Origin: Saccostrea cucullata
Taxonomy: Eukaryota
Direction of reading: 5' to 3'
Assembly: GCF_032062105.1 (NCBI RefSeq)
Contig: NW_026921340.1
Location: forward strand, 124,001 to 186,091
DNA: 62,091 bases
The notes beneath the pieces are model-generated. The model searched no databases and was not told where the DNA came from. It saw only the letters and a program-made list of their open reading frames with translations. This document shows, in pieces, positions 12,730 through 24,718 of the stretch (position 1 is the first letter of the stretch; each line of letters opens with the position of its first letter). Both the position numbers and the translations under genes were made by a program.

Positions 12730-14095
12730 CTGAATTGTGTATGGATTTTTTTTTATCTTGAACATGAAAAGGAGCACACGGCGTATGTGACCGGTAGGCA
12801 GGTGATGTTCTCTTCTCCATGGGACTTGATCCCACCTCTGATGTTTTGGAGCCTCGTATTTGCTCTGTTTCTGATTTTTATTGTTTGAATGGTTTTTGGG
12901 TGTGAATACTGTTCGTTTTCTCCATATATTTCACTCAAAAATACCTTTGTTTCATATAATTTAAGTTAGAAAGCAGGAATTGAAAATAGCGACTGTCAGT
13001 TTTGCAAACAATTAAGAATGAATTCTCATGGATAAAATGTAATTAACTGTATTTTCATTAGTCTGATACATTTCTATAAATCGTGCATAAAAAGTGGATG
13101 GAAAGTTTAAAATGTATTTTATCGATCCATATTTTACATAGGGGTGAAAGAGCCATGAAACGGTTGACTTTTCACACTTCTTTCAAATTTGAGTTACAAA
13201 TGGCTTTATAATCAAAAGTAATGAAAAGGAAGAAAATTGAAATATTTGAAGATAACGAACAGTTTTTTTTTTTAAAGATTAAAAAAAAAGTTCATTAAAC
13301 ATTACAAAATAGGAGAAGAGTAAACATGGTCCTCCAATACATCAGAGATGGGATCAATTTGTACCATGAAGGAGTGAGTATAGCCTGCCGACAGGTCACA
13401 CCAGCCATGTGCTCCTTGTCATGATTGAGAAATATGGGAAAAAAATCCGTCGACAATTCAGTGTGTAAATAATGGTCTAACAATAAGTATGAAAATCGTA
13501 AATCAGCATTTGACTCAGTGATACATTTATTTGCTGACAAGGTAATTGTATCCACCACTGTATTCCGTTATCAGAAATAACACTTCAGAGCTAATATTTT
13601 TGTTGATGTACCCGACTTTAAATAAATATTAACTTATCTTATCTGACCATAGAACTTACGAAACGAGACTGCTGATATTCTTGTTTCAGCAACTTGTTTG
13701 TCAATAACTTTATCGAGTTTTTAAAATTGTTTATACAGGCCCTTGTGTATCAAATCAACTGAGAGATATAAACCCCGTATGCAGGTGATGAAAGTATATT
13801 TAAAAAAATTCAATATAAATTCGGTTTTTTCCTAGCCAGGAGAATAGCAAATCCGCTTCTATTTGTTCAAAAACATTTGTGTGTAGTTTGTAGCAACGCA
13901 GTAACTTTTTAAGGGTTAATTTGTTTTATCCGTTGACTTTTCAAAAGAAATAGAGATAAGTTAACGAACAGTATTCAAGCTCAAAATTCCATTGAAAAAG
14001 ATATATCGAGAGCAAAGCAAACATGGATCTCTTAAAATATCAGAAGTGGGATCTGGGGGCCATGCAGGAGTAAGCATTCCCCGTCGACGGGTCAA
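12730..14095. mobile_element. Cluster of Penelope-like 3' remnants (12730-12930 +; ~13290-13800 and ~13960-14095 -)
   Basis: Recurrent motif ggagcacacggc..gtgaccggt..cagg..gatcccacctctg in both orientations. Confidence 0.6.
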
Positions 14096-14561
14096 AATTC
14101 TCTACATTTAGAAACTATTTCTAATCCCAAAAGAAAATATAACGAACTCTTTTGCAAATACACATTTTCATTATTTTATTCTGTGAAAAATACAGATGTT
14201 AATAAATAAATAAGTACATTGAATGCTTTAATGTCAATTTATAGAGTAATTAGTACACATTCTTCTTTCCTGGAAAAAGAAAAAAATACATTTTCATCAT
14301 GTTGGATGTAACTGAGAATAAAAATAAAATATTTACGAGAATGATAAAACATCCGAATTGTTTGAGGCTCACTGTACTTTAAATCTCTATCAAGTATTGG
14401 AAACTTTCAATCTTTTCTTATCAATAAAAACTATGCATTACTCTTTGTATCTGTGAAATACGGTTATATAATGTTTATTTCTTTAAATAGCAAAGGTATC
14501 TCCTTCCCATAATTTAATTATAATTTGCTGTTTATATGCGGTACTCTCATAAATCAAGTTA

Positions 14562-15137
14562 CTAGTATCTTTTCTTACCTTTGTAGCCATAGTTAGGTCT
14601 GTAATTTGGATATCCTCCGATTCCTCCTCGATAACTGGGATATCCACCGATACCTCCACGGTAACCTCTTCCTCCGTATCCGCCATATCCACCTCCGATA
14701 CCACCGTATCCGCCTCCAATACCACCATATCCGCCACCGATACCTCCGTATCCTCCACCGATACCACCGTATCCGCCTCCGATACCTCCGTATCCGCCTC
14801 CAATACCACCGTATCCGCCCCCGATACCACCGTATCCACCACCATATGGATAACCAGCGCTGCCGTATCCGTAACGGATACCTCCGATTCCTCCACGACC
14901 GGAGTATGGGTTATAATAGGCGCCACCTATGGCTCCTCTACCATAGCCATTCATACCGTAGCCGTATCCACCAATTATTCCCCTGCCCCCGTATGGGCCC
15001 CGGAAGCCGATGTATCCACCTCTGTAATAGTCATCGTCATCCCAGTCATTCCAGCCGCCATTCCATCCTCCGCCATAGTAAGGGGTTGCTATGGCGACGC
15101 CTAGTAGGCAGCAAAGGAGGATAACTGATGACGACAT
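14562..15137 (-). CDS. Shematrin-like Gly/Tyr-rich secreted protein (191 aa)
   Basis: Acceptor tttcag before ATG 15137. Signal peptide MSSSVILLCCLLGVAIA, acidic WNDWDDDDYY patch, (GGGYGGI)x7. C-terminal KGKKRY resembles the shematrin RKKKY/RRKKY terminus. Confidence 0.85.
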   Translation of the reverse strand: MSSSVILLCCLLGVAIATPYYGGGWNGGWNDWDDDDYYRGGYIGFRGPYGGRGIIGGYGYGMNGYGRGAIGGAYYNPYSGRGGIGGIRYGYGSAGYPYGGGYGGIGGGYGGIGGGYGGIGGGYGGIGGGYGGIGGGYGGIGGGYGGIGGGYGGYGGRGYRGGIGGYPSYRGGIGGYPNYRPNYGYKGKKRY

Positions 15138-16212
15138 TTTAAACTGAAATATATAAATTAACAGCATGTTCGGTACTAGCATGTTTTAAGCAAGGGTTTT
15201 GTAGTACAAAGTGTAGGTAGATTGGATAAAAAGAAATTGTAGAAGAAGGTCAGATTGCATTTTTTGAAAAAGGATTGTACGTTAGCAATTTTGAATGCAT
15301 ATATTGATATTATGGAGCAAAACTTGCATACATACTTTGTCATTTAAAAAAAAATGAGTTATATGCATTTATCTGGAAGAAATTTCTTTATAGCATGCAT
15401 AGAGAGAACATTTTTACCCAAATCTATTGCTACGGATCCATCTTAATTAGCGATAATTTCCTCGTCATTAAACCAAACATATCAGAAGGTTAATTGCTTT
15501 TTGTGTTAAAAACGTCTTGTTAAGTACCTGGCTATGACCTGCTGAATAGCCTCAAAGCTAACCAAAATACTAGTTTATACATTAACAATGCATTACGACA
15601 ATATAGTACTAATGCCCAAAATACCGTTATGATTCCATGTCGGTATATTAATTGTTAATGTATGTAAGATTAATATCTAATTAACAAACGTGTGCGGTTT
15701 TTCCAGGCAAAGCTTTATTTTCTTAGCCACCTTAAATGTTCTTTTTGTTTTGCCTATATAGAGTTTTCCTTTTCTGCAAAATTTTGCATTATTTAAAATA
15801 TTTATGACATATTAGTTTTTTAGACAATTTTACATAAGCAAGAGTCTCACTAACTCTCTAGCTTCTTATTTCACTTCTTACTATATCTTTGATACTTCCT
15901 TTGCCACTGAGAGAATATGGTTTTTTTATATATATGTTGATGTTTCAGGTAAAAAAAAAAGCATATATATATATATGGTATTTAAAAAGATATTTGAACT
16001 TATTTTTATTACTATAGTTCTCAAAAGAGCTTATATTAATTCAATTAATTATTTTTTCTATGAAATCATTTTTTTAAAAAAAATCTTATTCTGCTTGGAC
16101 TGTAAATAAAGCTCACTTTAAAAAAAAGTATGATAATTTTTCGCATGCTTAAAAGCAATTAAAATATTTCTAAGATATCCCTGTTGCATACATATGATGG
16201 AACACATACCTT

Positions 16213-16270
16213 ACCTTTCTGGATCTTTGGCAATGTGCAGCAGACCCCGATTGTGGCGGACTTTTATAGC
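16213..16270 (-). promoter_or_regulatory. TATA box plus short non-coding first exon, probably of the shematrin-like gene
   Basis: Minus-strand TATAAAA at 16268-16262, followed ~50 nt later by a consensus donor AAG|GTAAG at 16214. Confidence 0.5.
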
Positions 16271-18799
16271 AGACGTTTTCCTAATTCCGCGGTAACTCCT
16301 GATTGATGGGTGGGTCGTTAGGCTAATGATACAATACACCTGTTTTGTGGGAAAAGATGGCGGAACCGTTTGACCGGGTCTGACCTTACTTGACAGGTAT
16401 ATGACCACTAACAAAAACAACTACACATTGTACTTAAGACTTCTAAACTGACCGCTAGTTTTACATCATTACACTAATTTATTGTCATTAGTACAACGTA
16501 ACGGTCGTAAGAACCTGCCTTTTTAATTATCACATGCAAAATTAATTTAGTCTTCCGGGAAAAAGTTACACCTCTTAATTATACACAAAAATGCAACATT
16601 TTCTGCAATTTAATTGTCCTGTGAATTGCAGAGAACCGAGAAAAGGGATATTCATATTTGGGTATCATATAAGTCATGATAGAAACACTTTTTTCGCCAA
16701 TGCTTAGAATTTTTTTTAAAATACTTGTTGCAAAAAACTAGAGAATCTCAAAACAGTATTTACATCAAATAAAAAGAATCAGTTACTGAACTTGAGGCTT
16801 GTCAAAATTACACAATTTTAGCAGGTTTACTCTATGAAATAAACACTTGAAAATATCGCCTCCGGGTTAAAATGTACATATTTTCTTATGTAGGACAAAA
16901 TATCATTTAGTCAGAAGATATTGCATTGCAAACAGTAGAAAACTAGCAGTACTGCTACTAAATTACAAAAACACTCTGATAGGAAAGATTTCGTAAACTT
17001 CAAAAGTCTCTCTTGAAAATACGAAGTTTTAACATCAGAAAATTAAGAATCACAGTGAATTTTATTTGTTTGCGAAAAATTAATTTCTGGACAATTAAAT
17101 CCCAAGAAAAAAAAATGAATAAATCGTGATTTTTTTTCCCTCGTCTTTTTCGATTTTTAAAAAGATTTAATTTTAGCAGGAATTATGAACAAAATCTTTA
17201 TCAAATCAATTCTATAAAAATGTCTTCATGTTTTCTAGATTAATTATTATAACTGCATGTTTTCTAGATTTTTCCTAACTAATGCAAGAATGCTAAAAAA
17301 TATTAAAAACCAAAAAAATATATTTGGTTTATCTTCTATGGCAGCACGTGTTTCAGAGATCACAAGATTTTTTTCTTTTATTCGAAAATTGTTGGAGTTT
17401 TGAGTTATTTGATTAAAAGAATGAATAAAAATAAAGAATATAAAATATTTTATTTTGTCAATCTAAATATACCACATGTAAAAAGTGATTGCATATAATT
17501 TCAAACATCTATACATTTAACAAAAAAGAAGAGACGTGCAATTTTTTTGCCTAAAGAGTTTGTGAAAATTTTATTGTAGATATATTTAATCGTATATTTC
17601 TTACTTTGAAAAAATAAATTATATAACTCAAATAAATTATTATAAATGTTCCTGAAAATGTCTTTTAAATGAATATATCATCATTTAAAAGAATACAAAT
17701 AAACAATGTAATTCTAATAAATAAAAAATGTTTGTTAATTCGTGCTCATTAATCAAAACTCAAGTTTCCTGGTAAATGTATTCAGATGTTATCAGATAAT
17801 CTCGGAATAAAAGTAAACATATGCATATTCTTCGAATATTATTTGTACGTTTACATTTTTCCAGATTTTTTTTAATCAATATTATTTTTTTTATTTCATT
17901 TTTATTTTATTTACTCAGTATTTATTTTTTTAATATATATTTTGCTCACTGGAATTTACTTCCTCGATTTTCGTTGACCTTTGTCTCCTCATACGTCTAA
18001 ATGACAATAAATTACCTTTAACCGTCTTAACCTCAATGATTTTAGACAATAACAACACATTATAAAGTTTTCCATTCACGTTGATTGAGAAGGCAATAGC
18101 GTTGATGGAATATGCTTACATCGATTATCTGTAAAGCCATAAATAATGTCATCGCTTGATTTCATTGTCCATTTAAAATAATTTTTATGTTACATTAAAT
18201 GCCTTTCCTAATTTTTATAAACATTTAAAGGCTAAAGCAAAACCTTGGCATCCCTTACATAAATGGCGAAAGGCAATGTTTAAATCATTAATAAGTTATA
18301 AATTAAAAAAAAAACAAAAAAAGACTGATTAGACTATCGTATATATAAAAAATCTGACATTATCAATTTAGGAATGCAGAAAAAATTGTAAAAGTAGTTA
18401 TTAACGAATAATCTCATTTTTAGACTCTTTAGCAGAATACTTATAAGACATTTAGCAGAAATTACAATTTTCTGACGCTTCAGTGTTGAAGTTAAAGTAA
18501 AATAAGACTTTTTAACAGCCTTGGTTGTGCTGTTTGGGGGAAGGTGAGAAAGGTCTAGAAGAGCTAATATTTTGAGAACGAGTTTTATTGTTTTTCTCAG
18601 AGCATTTACAAGAGAAATGTTTAAAATATTTCACTTATTGTTAGTTTTAAAACTTTGTGCTGTTTTTGAAACTCGTAGAAAGTTGAAATGTTTCAAAAAT
18701 AACAGCAGATTACATTGTGCTTAATAGTTTACATTTATAAACATGTTTTTTTTAAGAACTGAAAGATACCATTAACTTTTTTTTTAAAAATTGAATAAA

Positions 18800-20080
18800 T
18801 TTTTCATCGTCAACTACCCTTATTACTTATACTCCGGTATTCTGCTATCATCTGCATTGTGATTACGTCATGCAACTTATTCGATACTCAAGAGCATGTT
18901 TCAAGTACGATAATTTTTAAATGGAGTTAAGCTATTGACAAATAAGTTTATGATACAAGGGTTTTGACAACCAAGTTTAAAATAAGTAGTTTGTAAATAA
19001 CCCCCATAATGACATTGTTATCTTAAATATATTAGCATTGGGTAAGTACTTTGGCCGACGCTTATCATACTGATTGTTAGGTCTTTGCTTCCATATGTTT
19101 AATTTAACTGCCTGATTGATATCGTTTAAAGATTATTGCTTTCTGTATATATTCAATTTAAAAAGGATTACCCAGTTCATCTGTACATGGGGCTTACGGT
19201 GGGTGTAACCGGTCAACGTAGGATGCTTATCTGTCCAAGCCACCCGATCCCTTCTCTAAAATTTCCAAGGAGTCTTGTTAAGCCCTGTTATCAGATTTGT
19301 ATCATTTGTATTTCTTTAAAATACTGATCGTTAATTTCCCCTTTTTTATGCAATTTTAATAAATCATAAACAAAGATAGGATTGAGAACAAATTCACAAA
19401 TCAAAAAAAAAAGAAAGAAAGAAATATATGGAGATAACGAACAGTATTCAAGATCAAAAGTCCATTAAATGATACAAAATAGGAGCAGAGCAAATACGGA
19501 CCTCCAAAACACCAGACTGGGATCAGGTGCCATGGAGGAGTGAGCATCGCCTGCTAACCGGTCATACACGCCAAGTGCTCCTTGTCTTCATCGAAAAATA
19601 ACGGGAAAATCTGTCATCAATTCAAAGTATAAATATTGGACTAACAATTGGTATGAAAAATGTCAGTCAGCATTTGACTCAGTGATAAATTGTATTTGGT
19701 GACAAGGTCGTTGTATCGACCATAGAACTTACGAAATAATGACTTCAAACGAGACCGCTGATATTCCTGCTCAATCAACTTGTTTGTCAATAATTTACCT
19801 CATTTAAGATATGGTTCATACGAAAATCATGATCTTGCGTATTGTCTCAGTTGAGATATATAAACTCCGTATGCAGGGGATGAAGGTATATTGCTGCATG
19901 AGTAAGGGAAGTTGACGATAGAACAGTTAAAGTTATCATGTTTATCATAGAGCTTGGTTGTTAGATTACCATTTATGCCTTTTTTCGAGTAAAATGTCCA
20001 AATATGAAACAGATGTGACAGACTCTGTGGTATCTTTTATCTCAAGCTCATCAGGTTATATCATATCGACATAAGAATGG
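18800..20080. mobile_element. Two tail-to-tail Penelope-like 3' remnants (~18800-19350 +; ~19420-20080 -)
   Basis: The minus copy retains DTTES..SVSYLDI, KLYDKHDNFNCSIVNFPYSCSNIPSSPAYGVYISQL-like frames. Confidence 0.7.
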
Positions 20081-21039
20081 GTATTAAAAAACGATATGAG
20101 CATGCTCTAGAGTATTGTGTGTAATCGCAACATGCTCTAAGAGTACTAGTTTAGAGACGTAATAAACACCAAAGGTATTTGATAAAAGATAATAAGTACT
20201 TCATAATTAAGAAAAGTTGACGGTGGAAATGTTGAAGACATTTCTTCCGTTATATAGTTAAATTGACATATACAGTTGCATGGTCATTAACATCTTAATT
20301 GGTAAAATATCAGCATAGGATTCGTTTGTGGTGGATTTTGTGGTGTCTTGTATTTAGAGTTTACTGTGATTGATATATCAAGTTGGCATATGATAATAAC
20401 TATTGTTAATTGAAAACATTGGCTATATATCGAAATATTGATTTGACACCAATAAAAATAAGACATTCTTATAACACGAAAGGAAAAACCATACTTATTG
20501 AGAAAGTAGGAGAGGGAGATAACAAAACTTTTAAACAAAAAGTATATAAATGCAAATAAATGTTACAATAATTATTTTCTTGGTTAAAGTGACCAGTCAA
20601 GTTAAATGATAGATCAATACGAGTATACGGTCAGTTGCCTCCATAAACAAAGGTAGAGTCATGTTGACATGGTTACGTACTGGGGGAAAGTCCTAACCTA
20701 TAAGGAAATAGAGGGCACACTGAATGCATAACTTCCTTTATGGTTAAACATCAGACTATATATCAACAAAAAGTAAAAGATAGATAAGTAATGTTAGTAA
20801 TAATGAGTAAAGTGGTGTCATTACTGGTCATTACTGGTATGTCAAACACAAAAATCGATTAGATTGATTTCAGTTCGGTATATTCATATTTCATAACTGT
20901 TGAAAATGACAGAAATTACCGAAAAAAAAATAATTGTTTGGTTTATGCTTTTCAATTGTATGTTCATATTTTTCTTATTCATTTTATTTAAATCTATGTT
21001 AGCTTTTTCAGAATTGTACTGTTGAGCTCAGTCATTATG

Positions 21040-22740
21040 TAAATTGTACCAGTATTTCAGAAGAACTTCGATTTAATTCTACAAGTGGTAATACAACTTA
21101 CACTCATAGTCTCTCGAAAGAAGAAATTCTTCAAAATCATGTCAGTTTTGAATATTTTTTTAAGATCCCAAAGAACCAAAATGAATTTGAACTACCATCA
21201 TAAAAATCTTGACAAACAAAGATACATAGCGGGTTCCAGTAAAAGCTTAACCAAGCCTCTTTCTTTACTCCTCACTAAGATATTAACAGCTAGTGGTCAA
21301 CTGTTTTCGCATTATCAGTTGACGACTAGTTGACTGCTAGTTGACGGCTAGTTGACGGTCAACTACACATTTTCGGATGGGAGTAGTGAAGGCAAAACTT
21401 CAAGAGTACTGTGCAACATAGATATTGTCAATCAGACACACAAGCATTTTTTGGTGTCAATTTCCGTCGGAGTTCTTGTGTGTACAATCAGAATGTTTTA
21501 AACAAAATTTTGCAAATGACCAATGACAAGGTAAGTAAATTTACGAGTTCCATTTTTATTGAAAAAGCAGCTGTCGATGATATAAAAAAGCCTGGACTCA
21601 AATTTATCGTCGGGGATGGTTGTGTTTAAAGTTGAAAAGTCGTAAGTTTTTAAGCTGTTGATTTTGGTAAAATCTTTTAATTTCAAATTGTCCAAAAGTT
21701 CCTTGGAATTTTTAAGTATCCACAAGTGATTTACAACACTTCTTAAATATATTGATGCACAGTACTCTTGAAGTTTCTCCTTCACTTATTTTGATTTATT
21801 AGTGAAGAGTAAAGAAAGAGGCTTGAACATTTACGGGAACCCGCTATGTATCTTGTTAGGATGTTTATAAAGTTTCGGAATCCTGTTCAAATTCATTTTG
21901 GTTCTAAGAGATATTAAAAAAATATTCAAAAGTGACATATGATTCTGAAGAATTTCTTCCTTAGAAAGGGAACTATGAGTAAGTTGGAATACCACTTGTA
22001 AATCCAAGTTCTTCTAAAAATACAATTTATATAATGAGCCTTACAAACGAAGACAGTGTTGTTACATGCTTTGTCAGCAGTAACCAATACGTACTGATCA
22101 TTTCATCTATCAAATTCTTTTTCACTTCTGGGTTATTGAACACAGAAGGATAGATGGTTTTCATAGTTACTGTTTATAGATGGTTTTCCTATGACATATT
22201 TTGCCTCGGAGTTATTCCCCTTAGCCGCCATCTTGTAGGGCAAAGCAGTGAATTCTCCTCTTTGAGCAACCAATTTTAAACACGCATGCAAGAATTATGG
22301 GGGAAAATATTTACAATCTTAAAATTATGAATTAAAGAGGCTTTAACAAATGTATATTCATAAGAAAAATAGTGTTGTCAATACCTCAGTAACCAGTATA
22401 ACAAATTGAACTTGGTTGAATAATGAAGGGATCTGGGCCTCCAACATGGCGGCCATGGGGAATAACTCTTGCTTAAATCACCTCAATGGAAAACCATCTA
22501 TTGTTCCTCAATCTTTTCATACGTGATAGTAAAATGGATCTGACACATTTATTTATTCCATTCTGACAAAGTGTCAACGTCTTCTTTTTCATATCTGTCC
22601 CATCACCTGGCGTAATCTTCAACAGAATCAATATTTATGAAATTCCGTCACCAGTTGAAGGATCAGGGTTCCCTATATTTAGGACCTTTCAAAATAAGAG
22701 ATCTGAGGTCTTTATTATTAACTGTATTTATGTCACCTGT
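21040..22740. mobile_element. Facing Penelope-like RT N-terminal remnants (+ 21040-21420; - ~21500-22740)
   Basis: ORF 21498..21785 reads KEKLQEYCASIYLRSVVNHLWILKNSKELL..TYDFSTLNTTIPDDK. A homologous + strand fragment lies upstream. Confidence 0.75.
22176..22501. mobile_element. MITE inserted in the PLE remnant
   Basis: TIR atagatggttttcc / ggaaaaccatctat, plus subterminal IR gagttattcccc..gccgccat / atggcggc..ggggaataactc. Confidence 0.7.
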
Positions 22741-24259
22741 ACCAATATCAATAACTTATAGGGTGAAGGAGATGAACGAGAATAAAATATTTTATACATG
22801 TGTCTATATGACTAGAGATACCAACGTCAGTTCTCTTCAAATATGTTCCCTTTCCCTACTCTAATGATGACAAAGTCGTGTAACAGATGACCACCCTCTT
22901 CCTTTGATCAAATCATCATCTGCTTAAACTATTTTTTCCTGCTGGTACAAGGAATAATGACTTTTGTATTTATTCAATAAATCACTTTAGCACTTTGATA
23001 TTATTATCTAATTCTTGTCAGAGAATGTTCTCTCTTAACATACTGAAGAATTTCCAATTGTCCATTCCATGACAAAATCCCCTATGTGAGTGATTTTCTA
23101 TAAGGACACTTTCTTCTTTTAATGATATGTAGTTGAACTACTGTATCTCACACATTTCAAAGTCCAAACCTCTTATTCCTGAAGAAGTTTACCCTCAATA
23201 TCTCGAATACTTGGATATCCCAAAGGTTCTCCTTAGTCATATTGAGTTCTACATAACAAGATTTTACTGTACATATTCTAAAGGGATACAATATATTAAA
23301 TTGAATGTTTTTTGAAATGACTAAATTAGACACTGTATTTAAAAACAAGTTTATTTAAAAGTAAGATTTTACAAGCCATCACAAATCACAGCCTGCATTT
23401 CTACTCAAAGAAATTCTGCATACAATAATAAACTGACACAAGTAAAATAATAGTAAAGCTTAATACATATGATCAAAAGATCAAATTCACACATGAAATA
23501 AAATTACTTCAATAATTTCATCAACTTTCAGGTGCAAATTAATTTTTTTTTACATTCAAAAATCACTTTAATAATTTAATTAAATTAAAATGAACCTTTT
23601 TTGTAAACATACAAACTCCTGCAAAACTGCAATTACAAAACTAGGAGCAGCTAAGTTAAATCACATTTGTAGACTCACGATAATTTCTACAAATCTCAGG
23701 TGTATTAGAGGTGTAGAGTGTACTGGAATGTTCAAAATCAATTTATACATATAGGATATATACTTTAATTTTTTAGTACCTCTATGGTATATTTGGATTG
23801 GGCTGACTGATTTATAAGATATTATCATGATTGCTGATGTTAGCTAGTTACAGGGATCCAAATAATAAATGAAATTCAAGTTTCCTTTAGTCTAAAATTA
23901 TCAAAATTTCAGATAGAGGTGTAACTAATGAGGGCTGATAAAGATCCACAATCACTTTCACAATACCATAATTATCTAATTCTTCTACTTAACATCAAGT
24001 TCACAAATAATATATATCATGACATAATTTATGTTCCTCATTCACACATCATCACTCAGAAATAATTCATGTCACTATTTACATCAAACACATTCATAGA
24101 ACAAAACTCCACTTCTTCAATTTGGACAAGGATTATTTGTAAATTACAAATGTTTAAATGAAAGATTCTTGATCACATTTTGTCAAATTTCAGATCAGAC
24201 ATGAAAGTCATCAGATAATACATCACTGTTGATTGGTTGACAGTAACAGAAGACAGATC

Positions 24260-24326
24260 CTGATTGGTTATCCAACACTTCATTAACAGCAAAGCTGTTT
24301 GCAATGAAGGCTTTCATTGGTTCAGT
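24260..24326 (-). promoter_or_regulatory. SECIS element (type II) in the SELENOT 3'UTR
   Basis: Minus strand: ctga-acca-ATGAA-agccttcattg-cAAA-cagc ttt gctg-ttaatgaagtgtt-GGAT-aaccaa-tcag. This gives the AUGA/GA core, an 11-bp helix II, unpaired AAA, an apical mini-stem and helix I ctga/tcag. Confidence 0.85.
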
Positions 24327-24718
24327 TTCTGCTCTTCTACTACTGTTATAAATCAAGTAGTTTTGTTATTTGAAGACTGAAAAAGAGAAAAGAAAATAAT
24401 TTAAAAACAATAGAAGTAATTTTTGAGTAGACAATTTCCTTTCAATTCATAAATTAAATTAAGAGAATAAATTTGATAGCTACCCAATATTCATAAATTA
24501 TGAGAATGGATTTGATAGCTGCCCAAGTTTTATTTGTATGATCTGATTTAAAACAGTTTTTTATTTAAACAAATCACTTCACAGTTTTTAAAGTTAAAAC
24601 TGTCCCTGTCATACAGTATAATTTGGGTTACTAATTGATTCATTTTTTAAGTATTTAAAATTTTCTATTTTTTGGGAGAGGTACTCTCCTTACACCTACC
24701 TAACATGTCCTTATTCTC

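Noticed and set aside
14483-15124. Overlapping ORFs 14483..14926 (-) and 14606..15124 (+)
   Set aside because: These are shadow frames of the Gly-codon repeat, which lacks stops in alternative frames. No independent signal.
24195-24285. Alternative SECIS candidates starting at other ATGA sites in the SELENOT 3'UTR
   Set aside because: Poor helix II pairing or wrong AA spacing compared with the 24260-24326 structure.
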